DNA of 51,044 nt. Source: Heteronotia binoei. Taxonomy: Eukaryota. Location: positions 88,734,957 through 88,786,000 of the forward strand of contig NC_083229.1 in NCBI RefSeq assembly GCF_032191835.1. The letters run 5' to 3'. The number at the start of each line of letters is the position of its first letter. Position 1 is the stretch's first letter. Under the pieces are notes generated by a model. The model saw nothing but the letters and a program-made list of their open reading frames with translations. It did no database searches and was not told the DNA's origin. The translations under genes were made by a program, and so were the position numbers. Shown in pieces: positions 23,107 through 35,936 of the stretch.

Positions 23107-23240
23107 CAGGCTAGCCTGATCTCATCAGATCTCAGAAGCTACACAATGTTAAGATTGTGACACAGAGGCAGGCAACGGCAAACCACTTTCCAATGTCTCT
23201 TGCCTTGAAAACCCCACGGAGTTGCTGCAGCTTAGCAGCA
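23107..23240 (+). mobile_element. 5S rRNA-derived SINE remnant with Sauria-like tail
   Basis: gcctgatctcatcagatctcagaagcta resembles 5S rRNA gcccgatctcgtctgatctcggaagcta, followed by ggcaacggcaaaccac. Confidence 0.6.
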
Positions 23241-23403
23241 ACATCAACAAATGCTGGCAGTGTGGACTGAGAGTCTGGTATCATTAATGGGTACAAGGTT
23301 CATTTGGTAATTGCAGTTGTACACATGGCTACACAGTCTGTACCTTTAAGTCAGTTTTCTGACACCCCCCCCCCCAATCTATTTGCTTAGACAGAATGCT
23401 TCA

Positions 23404-23698
23404 ATTTACTGCCACAGGAGGTGGTGGTGGCTACAAGCATAGACAGCTTCAAGAGGGGATTGGATAAACATATGAAGCAGAGGTCCATCAGTGGCTATTA
23501 GCCACAGTGTATTGTTGGAACTCTCTGTCTGGGGCAGAGATGTTCTGTATTCTTGGTGCCTGAGGGCAACAGTGGGAGGACTTCTAGTGTCCTGGCCCCA
23601 CTGATGGACCTCCTGATGGCACCTGGGTTTTTTTGCCCACTGTGTTGGACTGGATGGGCCACCTGCCTGATCCAACATGCCTTATGTTCTTGTGTTCT
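23404..23698 (+). mobile_element. CR1 LINE 3' end
   Basis: LPQEVVVATSIDSFKRGLDKHM C-terminal motif, then a 3'UTR ending ttatgttcttgtgttct. Confidence 0.85.
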
Positions 23699-24389
23699 GT
23701 AGGTTTTACATATGATGAAATCATGTACCCTAAATTAGTAAGCACTATGTTAATTCTGAATTTGCATAGCTGATCATGTACAGTGGTCTTCCAGGATTCT
23801 ATTAGTAAACATTTTATTATTATTTTTTGTCTTACTTTGTGCCAAGCATTTTTAAAAATTTTACAGCACTTGTAGCCAATGTGAAATAGATAAAATACTC
23901 CCTCCTCTCTTTAGAAGGTTTCTTTTTTTGTTCCAAATTAAGCAGTTTTTCATTGCGTAGGTTTTTATACTTATACCTCTAGTACTTCTAAAGGTGGGAG
24001 AACATGACTATGTGAAGCAGATGCCACTGCTGTTCAGTTGCCTGGTAACAGGTACTTGGTTACACAATGGCTGTCACAGATTCTCTCTTTCATATTTAAA
24101 GCATGTCACCTCTGGTATGTAAAATTTGCAAATATAGTTAACATTGTCCTAACACTGAATGCAGGTCTATAATTGTTTTCCTGCAAGGGCTTTGCTCTTT
24201 GGCTGCTTAGGTTGAATGGAATTGTAAATGGAAGTGGTTTAGGAATAGCTGATATCGTAGCAGCATTGAAATTAAGTGAGAGCGTGTACCTGATTAGTGA
24301 ATAGATGGTACAACAGTGTGAATCCATGTAAGCCACTCTAAGCTTTCCAAGAAAAAGTGGAATGTGAGCATGCTTAATAAAATCAAGTA

Positions 24390-24597
24390 TGTATGTCAAG
24401 TGCTGTTAAGTTGCGGCCAACTTATAGTGACCCCAGCAATGGGTTTTCAAGTGTCCTGGCCCCAAGTGAAAAGCAGAGGTGGTTTGTCATTGCCTTCTTC
24501 TGCAGAGTCTTCTTTAGTGGTTTTTCTTCCAAGTACCAACCCTGTGTAGCTTCTGAAAGCTGACAAGATTGGACTATACCATGCTGCCTTCCCTCCC
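24390..24597 (-). mobile_element. 5S rRNA-derived SINE
   Basis: ggtggtttgtcattgcc...ttccaagtaccaaccctgtgtagcttctgaaagctgacaagattggac, the reverse of a 5S head plus tail. Confidence 0.6.
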
Positions 24598-24657
24598 AGT
24601 AAAATAAAGTACAAGCAACCACAATATTTATTGTTTCATATAGATAGTATGAGGAGA

Positions 24658-24839
24658 CTAGCTATGTCAGTCTGCAGTAGACAAGATAGATTCAAGTCCC
24701 ATAGCACCTTAGAGGCTCAACGAGATTTTTGAGGTATGAGGTTTGAAGATTCAATGCATTATGTTCTCCATCAGGTATCTGATGAAGGGAACTTCTACTC
24801 TTGAAAGCTTATATCCCAAAAATCTTGTTGGTCTCTAAG
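24658..24839. mobile_element. Palindromic pair of Penelope-like termini
   Basis: 24708-24775 is an imperfect reverse complement of 24778-24839. Confidence 0.6.
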
Positions 24840-26213
24840 CAACATAATTCCATATGGGTTTTTTATTTATACAAGTCTATAAAGCTCACTTTTTACATTG
24901 TCCAAAGACAAATTTGACTGAGCCACTATATTTATTGATGTCTATAAAGGGTTTGATTAGGGTTATAAAACATTTAACATTTAAGCAATTTATAGATAAG
25001 GATTTGTTGTTGATTTTTATATTGCTGTGAACATTTAAGGCTTTGAAAACTGGTAAAGGGTTTCCTGTGCAATTCAGGGTTACCCGTGCCTGTGGAATGT
25101 GTGTTTTGTGTTGTTGCCTGGACTGTAAATAATCTGTGCACAATATTAACGCATTTGTTTTTATTAATTCTAATCAGTATCAGAGCTGATAATCTACAAT
25201 AATAAAAGGATATGTGTGTTTGTTTATAGCAGATATAACATAAAGCTAGGCATTTCAAAATCAGCCACCAGCTTCTGAATGGTCATAGAAGTTGCAGGGA
25301 CAAAATGAAGAGAATCCTAAAATCCAACTGGATTTTTATACCCTTTGAAAGTACAAGAATTAGCACAACATATATTGAAGTGAAAAATGGGTAAATCCAT
25401 TGTATGTTTGCAAAATCTGAATCCACCAACACTATAGCATGGAGCTAGATAGTTGGAATGTTATCAAAATTACAACAGTCTATGTAGTCCATCAAGAGGT
25501 ATTTATATAAAGAATTCCTGTAATTCCTACAGAATTTCTATTTCAGTTTCCTGCTCAATTGTATTTTGTAGTGAGTATCAATAAAGGTGAAGGATTGCTA
25601 TTAAAAACAGTTAGCCTCAATGTGCAAAACTCTTGCCTTGCACATGGGCGGCTTTTGGTAGGATGCTTAACAATTACAGACAAAGAAAACCATTTAGTTT
25701 GGCTCCTAATGATGTGGCACTGTAGTATATGAGGAAGACATGACCATAAATTATTATTTTGTGCTTTTGTTTCAGTAACTAATTTGTTAATTTATATTTC
25801 TGATTTAGTTAGTTGTTATTAGTTCATATAATAATTTGTTATATATGCACAGATGTAAACCTGCTGAATATAATTATTACATAAATTAATATATTATTAA
25901 TGAAACCAAAGTGATATATGAAATTATTTATACCAAGCTATAGAACATATGTTTACATTTCTTAATAAAGCTAGCTAAAATCCAAATGCTGTATGTTTTT
26001 AAATTCTGATGTTCTTTTTTTTAATACTCAAAATTTTTTATTTTCAAATACCACCATACACAAAGCAAAATACATTACAGTAACACATAAGTAATTACTT
26101 GTATGTAAACCATTTTGGGAGAAGAGAGAAAAAAGAAGGAAAAAACCGCTCACACACACACACTCACAATTCACTCAGCCCAATCTTGAAGCCTTTTTAA
26201 TATAATATGAAAT

Positions 26214-29200
26214 TCAGGTATTTTTTGGCATTTTGCTCTTCTTTGTCGAGTTGGCATTTACAAAGTCCAGAAACGGATACCATTTCTCAACAAATTTTTC
26301 CCCTATCTTGGGATTGTCACTAAAAAGAAGTTGGGAAGCAATCTTATCCTGTATTACAATGTCCCATATCTTTTGGAACCACAGGGTAGTTGATGGGATT
26401 TTTGCAACTTTCCAAAATCTTGCCAGAAGAATTTTTCCTGCCAAAAGCAGCAGGGAGATTAGTTCCGATTTTAATTTAGAGAAATTACTGTTCAGCCAAT
26501 AATTGAGAAGAATAGATTCCGGGGTGCGAGGAATGGTTTCTTTGACAATGGTTTCGATTTTATTTATTAAGGTATTCTAAAATGCTTTGATTTTTTGGCA
26601 GGTCCGCCAACAATGAATAAAGGTACCTGTTTTACCACATCCTTTCCAGCAGAGGCAGTTAGAACTCTGCTGCGTGTGACTTAGAGAGAGTGGGGTTAGG
26701 TACCAACGAGAAGATAATCTGTATTGTTGTAATTTAAAATTAGTGCACTTAGACCTACAAAGTGGCGAAGTCCAAATTGTAATCCATTGTTCATCTGACA
26801 TTTGTATAGAGCAATCTTTACCCCAAGCATTTTGTTGTGATGTAATTTGTGTCCAATTTTTCTGGTTTAATAAAGAATATAGTTTTGAAATTATCCCTCT
26901 CATGTTTGTGTTTTCCTTATGTATTAATTTTTCAAAAGCATTTAGTTGATTTGTGGTCGGCATAACTGGGATCACTTTTTTTAGTGCATCATGAAGTTGA
27001 TAATAATCATACCAAGGGATATTAATTTTAAATTTAGATTCCAGTTAACTATGAGTATATAATTGCCCTTTTGAACTAACATCAGAAATCCTAATAATTG
27101 TTTGCTGTGACCAGATTCTAAAATTACTTGTAGGAATTCCTGTAGGGAACCAGGGCTGACCTAGAAATGTCATTACTGGAATAGAGGGCTGAACCACAAA
27201 GGATCTATACTTATCCCAAATTTCTAAAGTACAACGTAAAAATGGATTGGTTAGCAATACTTTTTTCCTATCTGTCCCATTGTTCCATAAGAATTCATTA
27301 AGACATACAGGAAAAATGCTTGCTGATTCGATTTGGATCCAGGGTAATTGATAATTCTTTCTGGCATATAACAAAATATTCCGAAGTTGGGCCGCCACAT
27401 AATATTTCTCTAAAATTGGTGCACCCAATCCACCCCTAGCTATTGGCTTAGATAATACCTAATATGAATTCCTTGGTTTTTTATTCTGCCATAAAAATAA
27501 TGACATACTTTTTTGCCGAGCCTTCATATCATTTCGCAGGATAGGTATAGAAAGATTTTAAAATAAAAAAAGAAATTTAGGTAAAACAAAAGTTTTCAAC
27601 AAGTCAATTCTTTCCAACAAATTGAGCTGAAGTTTAGACCAAATGGTCAGATTAGTTTTTGTTTTTATGAATAGTTGTTTAAAATCTGTTTCAAATTGTT
27701 TAGATAGTGTTAAAGGGATGTGAATACCTAAGTTGTCACCATGTTTTAGTGACCCATTTGAATGGAAAGGAATGCAAGATCTGTTGGTAGACATCTGGAG
27801 GAACATTTATCGGAAAAATTTCCGATTTGGACATGTTTATTGTAAATCCTGAATATTTTCTAAACATAGAATTCATTAGTTTGGCTAGAGAATTTAGGGG
27901 ATTACTTAAATAAAAAAACGGTGTCATCCGCAAATAGGCTGATCTTATGAGAACTACCATGCACCATTATTGCTTCAATTTCTGGGTCTGAACGTACTAT
28001 ATGTGCTAAAGGTTCTAGTGAAAGAGCAAATAAAATTGGGGATAGGGGACAACCTTGGCGAGTACCCCTTGACAAATATATCTCCTCTGATCTATAATTA
28101 TTGTTTATTTGTGTTTTGGGGGTTTTGTAAATGGCTGCTATGGAATTCAAAAAGTTTGGGCCAAAACCCATATAATTCAAAACAGCTTTTAGATAATTAA
28201 TTTCTAACATATCGAACGCTTTCTCAGCGTCTAAAGAAAAAATTAACGATGTTACTTGAGATGTTTTGCCATACTGAATTAAGTTAAGGGTTCTCCTAAT
28301 GCTGTCAGACATAGTGTGACCAGGTATGAATCCTTCCTGATCTGTGTGTACATAAGAACTAATAATTTTATTTAATCTACGGGCCAAAACTGTTGAAAAT
28401 GTTTTGAAATCGTGATTTAAAATTGAGATTGGTCTATATGATTTAGGGTTTTGTTTGTCCTTACCTTCCGTATATATTACAATCATTTTAGAGTCTTTCC
28501 ATGAATCAGGAAAGACGCCTTTTTCCATTGCCAAATTACAAGTTTTTGTAAGAGGATTCAACAAACTAGAGCTAAAATTTTTATAGAATTCAATGGGAAA
28601 TCCATCTTTCCCCGTTGCTTTGTTGTTTTTAATTGAAGCTATGCCTCTATGATTTCTGATTCCAAAATAAGCCTGTCCATAAACTCAGTGTCGTCTTTAG
28701 ACAGTTTCCTGTCAAATGTAGCATTTCTTAGATACTCTTTAAAGTCCAAGTCACTTTCTATGGATGATTTATATAAAGAGGAGTAGTACTCCTGAAAGAC
28801 TTTAATAATTTCCTGTGGTGTGATTTGTATAGTGCCTTGGGATGAGTGTATGGAGTGAATCAAAGAGTTTGCATAATTTTGTTAAAGTCTGAATTTTAAA
28901 AGCCTAAGCGATTTCGTAGTCCTAGAGACATGCTTCAGATATAATAACTTTTTTTGTATGTCTGAGGTTTCAATTAATTCTAACTTGTTTCTCCCTATTG
29001 AAAGCTTTTTTAAGGTTTTCCCCCCCATATTTCATGTCTTTTCTCTAATTCAGCAATTTTAGTTTTTTGTTCCATTACTGCTTTGCATCTATTTTTATGA
29101 CATGCTGCAACTATTGAAATAAGGTTTCCTCTGAGTACTGCTTTAAATGCATCCCAGACCATATGCTGAGATACACCACAGTCGCTATTATGTAGGAAAT

Positions 29201-30017
29201 AATCCTGTATCTGTTTTTTTATGTCCTCACAAATACTATCTTTGGATAAGAGTAACTTATTTAAAGACCAGGTTGGGCCTTTGTTGTCTGATTCTTGAAT
29301 TGTCAGTTCTCCAGTTATCCATGAATGGTCAGAGATCGTTCTGGAGCCAATGTTGGCACTGTGAACATATTTTAAAAGAGCTGGGGAGGTTAAAATATAA
29401 TCAGTTCTGGAGTAGAAATTATGAACATGTGAAAAATAAGTATAATCCCGTGCTCCCTGGTTTAACATCCTCCATATGTCTACCAAATTAAAGGATTGCA
29501 AAAGATTATTTAGACCTGTCTTTTTGGAGGTGTAGGATTTTACCTCTTTACGGTTTGACTTGTCAAAAACTGGATCAACTATGTAGTTGAGGTCTCCACC
29601 TATGATGCTCTCCCCTTGCCTGAATTCCATCAGATCAGAAAAGGTTTCATTCAGAAATTGTAATTGGCCACTGTTTGGGGTATAAATAGAAGCAATTGTT
29701 AGTGGATTGCCATTTAGGATGCCTTTAACAAAAACAAATCCTCTTCTAGGATCTGATTTTATGTCTTGAGAAATAAAAGATGTGGTTTTGGAAATCAGGA
29801 TTGCCACACCTCTTGCCTTAGAGGAACCTGTGGCCTGAAAGACTTGATTGAACCATTTAGAACGTACAAAAGAAGACGTTCACTTCTTAACATGGGTCTC
29901 TTGAAGACAGACCACATGTGGACGTTCTTTTGCCAAAAAATTGGAAATTCGTGCACGTTTAATAGGGTTTTTGGAACCCTTGCAGTTCCAAGTAAGAATT
30001 TTTAAATTTTTAGACAT
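26214..30017 (-). pseudogene. L1 ORF2p (APE endonuclease, RT, CCHC) with stops and frameshifts
   Basis: MSKNLKILTWNCKG...CLQETH..*; IGGDLN, SRTDYIL, SDHSW; YRPISILN, LDAEKAFD, RGTRQGCPLSP, SLFADD; CWKGCGKTGTFIHCWRTC. Confidence 0.93.
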
Positions 30018-31336
30018 TATAAAATCAGAGATTAAATTTTTGTAGACTTTAGAAAGAAATTTTTTGAGGGGTCAAGACTAGGCTGAGTCAAAATAAAAGT
30101 TACAAACTAATCAATCACCCAAACACTCAAAAATACAGACAATAAAATAATAAAAAACCCTATAAAAATAAACCTCGGATAAGCAAACTTGCTTACTACC
30201 CTAACTTGGGTATAGTTTCAGGGCTTCCTTTATACAAGGAGGCTAGGGAAAATACCCTTAGGCTTCCTTTTACAGAAACTTCTACACTCTTCTTGAGAGG
30301 GTGAATACTACAAACCAAACAAAACAAGTTCTTATCCCTCCTCCTTCCCCATTATAGCTGCTTATTAACAAACTCCATCTTATACTTAAAGCTTATTGAT
30401 AATTAACACATTATAGAACAATTGCCCTTAACATTTCACAATACTTTCACAACTTAGTTCCAACGTTTAGTTTTGATGTCATATCCAAAAACTGTCAAAA
30501 ATCTTTTAAGTCTATAGGTTATTATATCACAACTCTAAAACAACACTATATATTGTGTTAATAAGTACAACATAAACTTTTCTTAAAACTAAGTAATAAC
30601 TGTCTCTCCACTAATTAGAACAAAAAGTTTAAGGAATGGCAGCTATCCTTTTCTGCTGTTCTCATGTATATACTTAAGACTCTCAGTTAGGGAATTTCAG
30701 TAATTTTTATCCATTCAAATATTGTTGATATCTCCTTGAGTGATAGCCTATGACAAATATACAATTAATAAATTTATGTTGCTGATTACAAAAGTCATCA
30801 GTGCATCTCAGTGTTAAATGTCAAAATCCTAAAGTTAATTTACTAATTAATAAAGATTTCACTAATATCAACTTATTTTTAGCCAAGGATTAGCGGTCAC
30901 TACCTAGCAAATCACCAATATTTCATGAAGTTCAATAAATTTTGATTTGATATTAAACAATAAATAATATATTCTAAAATTTAAAATCAAGAGTGAAATT
31001 AATTGATGTATACATTAGTTTTGATTGCCTTATTATAAAATTCATTTATAGTCATAAGTCTATAAGTAATATATTTATCCTCCCTTCCAATAGAGTTCTA
31101 TAGTAACAGGCTTGGTACCTGAGACTTAAAGGAAAGACAGGAGACTTAGAGTTCCAACCAAATATAAACTGTAGTTAACCTTCTATTCCCCCCCCCCTTT
31201 TAATATTAAAACCACCTAATAGATATTAAACAATGAATGTAACCCTTAGAAACTTTATGTTGTTAACATAGTAAATAGTCATGCTTCAGGTAACATTAGC
31301 GTATTTAAACTATTAAGTTTCTATGAGACTTCTTAT

Positions 31337-32536
31337 TCAACAGGGGTTCGGTGGAAACAGCTTCCGCAGCTCCTCCTCTTTCGGCGCTAGCTTCAAAGCG
31401 AGAGCATCCACTAGAGCTATTCCTGTTTGCGCATCGTGGGCTTTGTACAGGACACCATTTTTATATAGCAAAATGTCAGAGGCCGGGCTCCATCTGAAGC
31501 GCACATAGCTTGCATGTAGCTTATTTGTTATAATCTTCAATTTTTTTTCTTTTTTCAAGCGTTTCAGGAGAAAGGTCAAGCAGAATTAAAATCCGTTTTC
31601 CCTTATATGTTAGATCATCTCCTTGCCTTGCTTTCTGAAGAATCAGATCTTTTATTCTCGAGTTGGAGAACTGAACTAAAATATCCTCGGGAAATTGCGA
31701 TGTGCTGACGCTATGGGCCCATTCGTTGCACTCTAACCATGTTTGTCGCCATACTGCCTGGCAATGTAAGCTTTGTTTGAAGCTAATCTGCAATAAATAA
31801 TAATAAGTCACCTCTGTCTTCCGCCCCCTCTTCAAAACCACGGAGCTTCAAATTTAATGCCCTCCATTTGTTTTCCAGGATTAGTAATCTGTCTTGCATT
31901 TTATTTTCAGTTTCTTTAATATTGATGATTTCCCCTTTAAGGGCCAGCCCCAACTCTGCCGATCTTTCTGCTATTTTAGCTGTGGTGGCAAGGTCTTCAA
32001 ACAGTTCTTTAACCTGCTCTTTTACTGGCCTGATATGTTCTTCAATGGAGTCATTAAAAATATTTGTGGATGTCCAGGCATAAAAGATCTAAGAACATAA
32101 TAAGAACATAAGAGAAGCCATGTTGGATCAGGCCAACAGCCCATCAAGTCCAACACTCTGTGTCACACAGTGGCAAAAACTTTTATATACACACATACAC
32201 TGTGGCTAATAGCCACTGATGGACCTGTGCTCCATATTTTTATCTAAACCCTTCTTGAAGGTGGCTATACTTGTGGCCGCCACCACCTCCTGTGGCAGTG
32301 AATTCTAAGTCTTTGTGGCTAATTGGGCCATCCTTCTCTTGAGAGGGAGTAGCTGGAGTATTGGGTTGAGAAGTAACAGGGCTGGGCGCCATGTTGAAGG
32401 CAATCAGGGAGCACGAATTCGGGCCACCAACCTTTGTCAAACACTCTGGCAAGAAATAGGCTGGAACAGGAGCTTTTCTTTTTGGAATCTGCTTCTTTTT
32501 CTGTCGAGCAGATTTTCCCTTCGTCTTGGATGACAT
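31337..32536 (-). pseudogene. L1 ORF1p (coiled coil/RRM/CTD), frameshifted and interrupted by a CR1 fragment
   Basis: MSSKTKGKS... start; LLILENKWRALNLKLRGFEEG; DILVQFSNSRIKDLILQKAR...ILLDLSPETLEKRKK; stop at 31337. Confidence 0.88.
32091..32303 (-). mobile_element. CR1 3' end inserted in L1 ORF1
   Basis: (aagaacat)n tail, ggatcaggcc...ccatcaagtccaacac, body matching 23404-23698. tctaag is duplicated at both junctions. Confidence 0.85.
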
Positions 32537-33189
32537 CGGAGTCTGTGGTCTATGTATGTGTATTAACTGGGGAAGGAGGCTATCAGAGCTTTCTTATTTT
32601 GCGTCCGCCATTTTCCCACGAATCTCCGCCCCCCCCCTCCATTCTGATGTTCTAGTGGATTTCTTTTAAGAATATTTTTTGTAAAACAAAATGGAAGTAT
32701 TGAAGGAGAAAAATATGACCAAATACTGCTTTTAGAGTTAGCTTGTGCAGTGCATGGAACAGAGACCTTATTAAATAAATTGGAAGTACAGCAAGCTATG
32801 AGGTTGGTGAGCAAAGTGAGCAGAGGCTGGCCTCTAGTATGTAAGAATATGCATGTGTGCTAGATTGTGAGCTTATTAATGTTTCAACTATCAGAAGTTT
32901 TGATAGTTTAAACAGTGGCTTTATTAAATAAAGTACATGTTTCTGCTTTTAAAAATGCCCAGAGTTAGTCTTTAGATTTTTAAAAGACAAATACTTGATT
33001 ATTGATAATATTGTAATAGACATGCAACATTTCAGACAATTATATTTCAGGGAGAATGGATAGTATCTTGATAACATTTCAGAAAATGGAATTTATTTTG
33101 TTAGGGAGATATCACACAGTGTACATATATTTAAATCAGTAATATTAGAATAATATGACAATGTGTCTACACTGATCTCATAAGTATCA

Positions 33190-33760
33190 TTATTTTATTT
33201 ACTTATTTTATTCACCACCTGCCTTTCTTGCTGAGACTTAAAAGCAAGTTACAAAATATAGAAAACAATTTGATCACACAGCATAAGACATCCAATAGAT
33301 AATGTGACAGAATTATGATAACAGAATTGGGAAACAGTGCAGAAGAAAAATGGTCTGGGGCATGACATATGCTATAATGCAGAAGGTGTGTTACAAGCGA
33401 GAAGAGAATGCAGTACAAGCAAGGTGATAAATACAAATAAATATTACAATGGATGACAATACTTTTCTTATCAAAGCTGGGTCCTGAGCAATTCCATTAT
33501 AGCATTCTTCCCCCGAAAATGCCTTCCTGAACATTTTGCACACTTGGCTAAATGTCAGAAGCATGAGGCCCTTCCTGACCTTCTGAGGCAGGCTGTTCCA
33601 CAAGGAGGGGAGCAACCACTGAGCATGCATATGAACAGGCAGTTGCCTGTCTTTCCCATTTGCAGGATGGCACCTTCAAACATGGTCACAATAATATGTG
33701 GATCCAAGGCCATTAAGGAAGCCCAATGCCAAGAACGTGGCAAGCTTTCAGCATGCTCAT
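33190..33760 (-). mobile_element. Old L2 3' remnant
   Basis: ORF 33391-33630 contains PSLWNSLPQKVRK...FRKAF, the L2 C-terminus. AT-rich tail near 33190-33210. Confidence 0.65.
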
Positions 33761-34334
33761 CTGGAGCTATTCATTTTGAAAATGTAATGTGTTCAACTTT
33801 TAAGAATCAGTTTTGCTAAGGAATGGACATATTGGAATCTACAAGCATATGATGAATATTTCACATTACTTAACTGTATTTGCATCCTTAATTGTTATTT
33901 CAGTTACTTAAGGCTTTCAGTTTGGTGCCAGTTTTATGATATCCTTCTGCTACCTGGACATAGAATGTTGTTTTTCTAGCTCTGTGTTAGTCTGTTAATC
34001 ATAGACTCATAGGAGTATAAAGGATCTGGTCAAGTGACTGACCCCTTATTAGCATAGAGAATTCAGGCCACAGTAAATTATAAACAAAAGAATAAGGATG
34101 AACCCATGAAATTATGTATCTTGTCACTTGCTATAAAAACATTGCTGTTTAAGAGAACATGGCAGCTGATATATTTCAACTTTCCCCTTTCTATTTCTCT
34201 GGAATTTTTATCTAGCTCAGATATAGGGTATATAAGACTTGTAGCAACTTACCTGATATCTCACTGTTGTGGAAAATAAGAGGGGTGCCACTTTTCTTGG
34301 AGAGGGGAAGCCCAAAACAGACCAAATAAAAAAC

Positions 34335-34498
34335 TTAGGTTTTTATACCTCTTCTTTCTCTACCTAAGGAGTCTCAAAGTGGCGTACAATCACCTTCCTT
34401 TCCTTTCTACAAGCATCTTGTAAGGCTGGTAGGGTTGAGAAAGTTCTGAGAGAACTGTGATTGGCCAAAGGTCACCAGAAGGCTTCTTGTGGGAGGAG
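34335..34498 (-). mobile_element. Older Squam3-like SINE fragment
   Basis: tttatacc...ctcaaagtggcgtacaatcaccttcc...gagagaactgtgattggccaaaggtcacc. Confidence 0.6.
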
Positions 34499-34499
34499 G

Positions 34500-34983
34500 A
34501 GATTGGATTTATATCATGCCTTTCACTCAAAATCTCAGAAAAGCTTACAATCTCTTTCCCTTCCTCTCCCCACAACAGACACCCTGTGAGTAGTGTTTCC
34601 TCTAAGCTGAGTTAGCATGAGCTAGCTCACAGATTTTTAGCCTCCAGCTCTCACATTTTTGTCTTAGCTCAGGAAAAATGGCGTCAGAGCACAATAATCT
34701 ATGCAGTCGCTCATATCTTCAATGCCGGTAACTCACACCTTTAATACCAGTAGCTCACAAAGTAGAATTTTTGTTCACAAGACTATGCAGCTTAGAGGGA
34801 ACATTGCCTGTGAGGTAGGTGGAGCTGAGAGAGCTCTTTTGAGAACTTCTCTGAAGAGAACAGCTCTTTCAAGAACTGTGACCGACCCAAGGTCATTCAG
34901 CAGGTGCATGAGGAAGAATGGAGAATCAAACCTAATTCTCCAAATTAGAACCTGACAGTCTTGACCATTGTACCGTACTGTCT
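34500..34983 (-). mobile_element. Squam3-like SINE interrupted by a hAT MITE
   Basis: SINE body rejoins across the insertion at cctgtgag. Confidence 0.75.
34591..34806. mobile_element. hAT MITE nested in a SINE
   Basis: TIR tagtgtttcctctaagctg / cagcttagagggaacattg. Perfect 8-bp TSD cctgtgag (34583-34590, 34807-34814). Confidence 0.88.
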
Positions 34984-35741
34984 GGATTCAGACTCACAAC
35001 CAATTAAGCAGATATATGTTGGCATCAGACATGAATACGTTTGCTGTGCTGCTGCATTCCCCTCTCTCCTCCTCCTGCATAGATTTTGATTGAATACTTC
35101 ACAGCTTGATCTGTTGTGATGACTGAATACAGATAGTTGAACAAATCAGAGTTCGTTTTCTACATAAGTTGTGTTACTATATATGCTCAGGAAGACAAAG
35201 GGCCTTAGACCTGTGTGCAAATGAATGAAGCCAAAATGGCCCATATTGATTATGGGAAAGCTTTGTACTGCCTTTTCCGACCCCTGTGATGAAGGAGCTG
35301 TTGACTTAGGTATTATACCAAACTTGAAGAGATCTCACATACACAACACCCTAACCAAGGGAATGCTGAACAAAGAAATGAGGCTGTAAAGCAAGTTCAG
35401 AACAAGGTCTGAGACCTGTGATATAGTGACATTTGTGAAAGCTTTATAGAGTGGAAGTCATAAGAACATTAGTCACACAGATATTAGCACCAAATACAAG
35501 AATGCCCACATTAAGATGCAAATATTCCATATGTATACACATCTTGTACCATGTGTGTCACTCACAAAGGAGGTGTAAGAGGCCAAAGGAGTAAAAGGAG
35601 AAAAAGAGACACTCAGTTTCCTATCCACACATTCTAAAAAAAATGATCAGAAATCCCAAACACCTGGAAAGCCAATAATCCAAAGGGAAAGATTGGAGGA
35701 GAAGGCAAAAGTCACACGGAATTAAGTTGGGTGTCTTAAGT

Positions 35742-35936
35742 AAGGGTGGCCAACCTCCAGATGGGGTCTGGAGACCTCCCACAACTGATCTCCAGATGAC
35801 AGGGATCAGTTCTCCTGAAGAAAATGATGGCTTTGGAGCATGGTCTCTGGCAGTATACTGCTCCATAAACTCTGCCCTCCCTTGGCTCTACCCCCCAAAT
35901 TCACAGGCATTTCTCAACCTCGATTTGGCAACCCTA
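35742..35936. mobile_element. MITE with (T)AGGGTTGCCA-type TIR
   Basis: aagggtggccaacc ... tggcaacccta termini. Confidence 0.7.

Larger units (their letters stand above)
26016..32640 (-). mobile_element. Full-length, disabled L1 LINE
   Basis: 13-bp TSD attctgatgttct at 26003-26015 and 32641-32653. G-rich 5' start (ggggcggag...aaaatggcgg). ORF1, spacer, ORF2, aataaa and a short A tail. Confidence 0.95.

Noticed and set aside
24211-24327. Segment with an acceptor and gtaagc donor (LNGIVNGSGLGIADIVAALKLSESVYLISE*)
   Set aside because: All three frames contain a stop before the donor, and there is no other support.
34252-34294. Minus-strand micro-exon candidate ending cag|gtaagt
   Set aside because: Isolated, with no phase-compatible partners. 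It shows how easily such sites arise by chance here.
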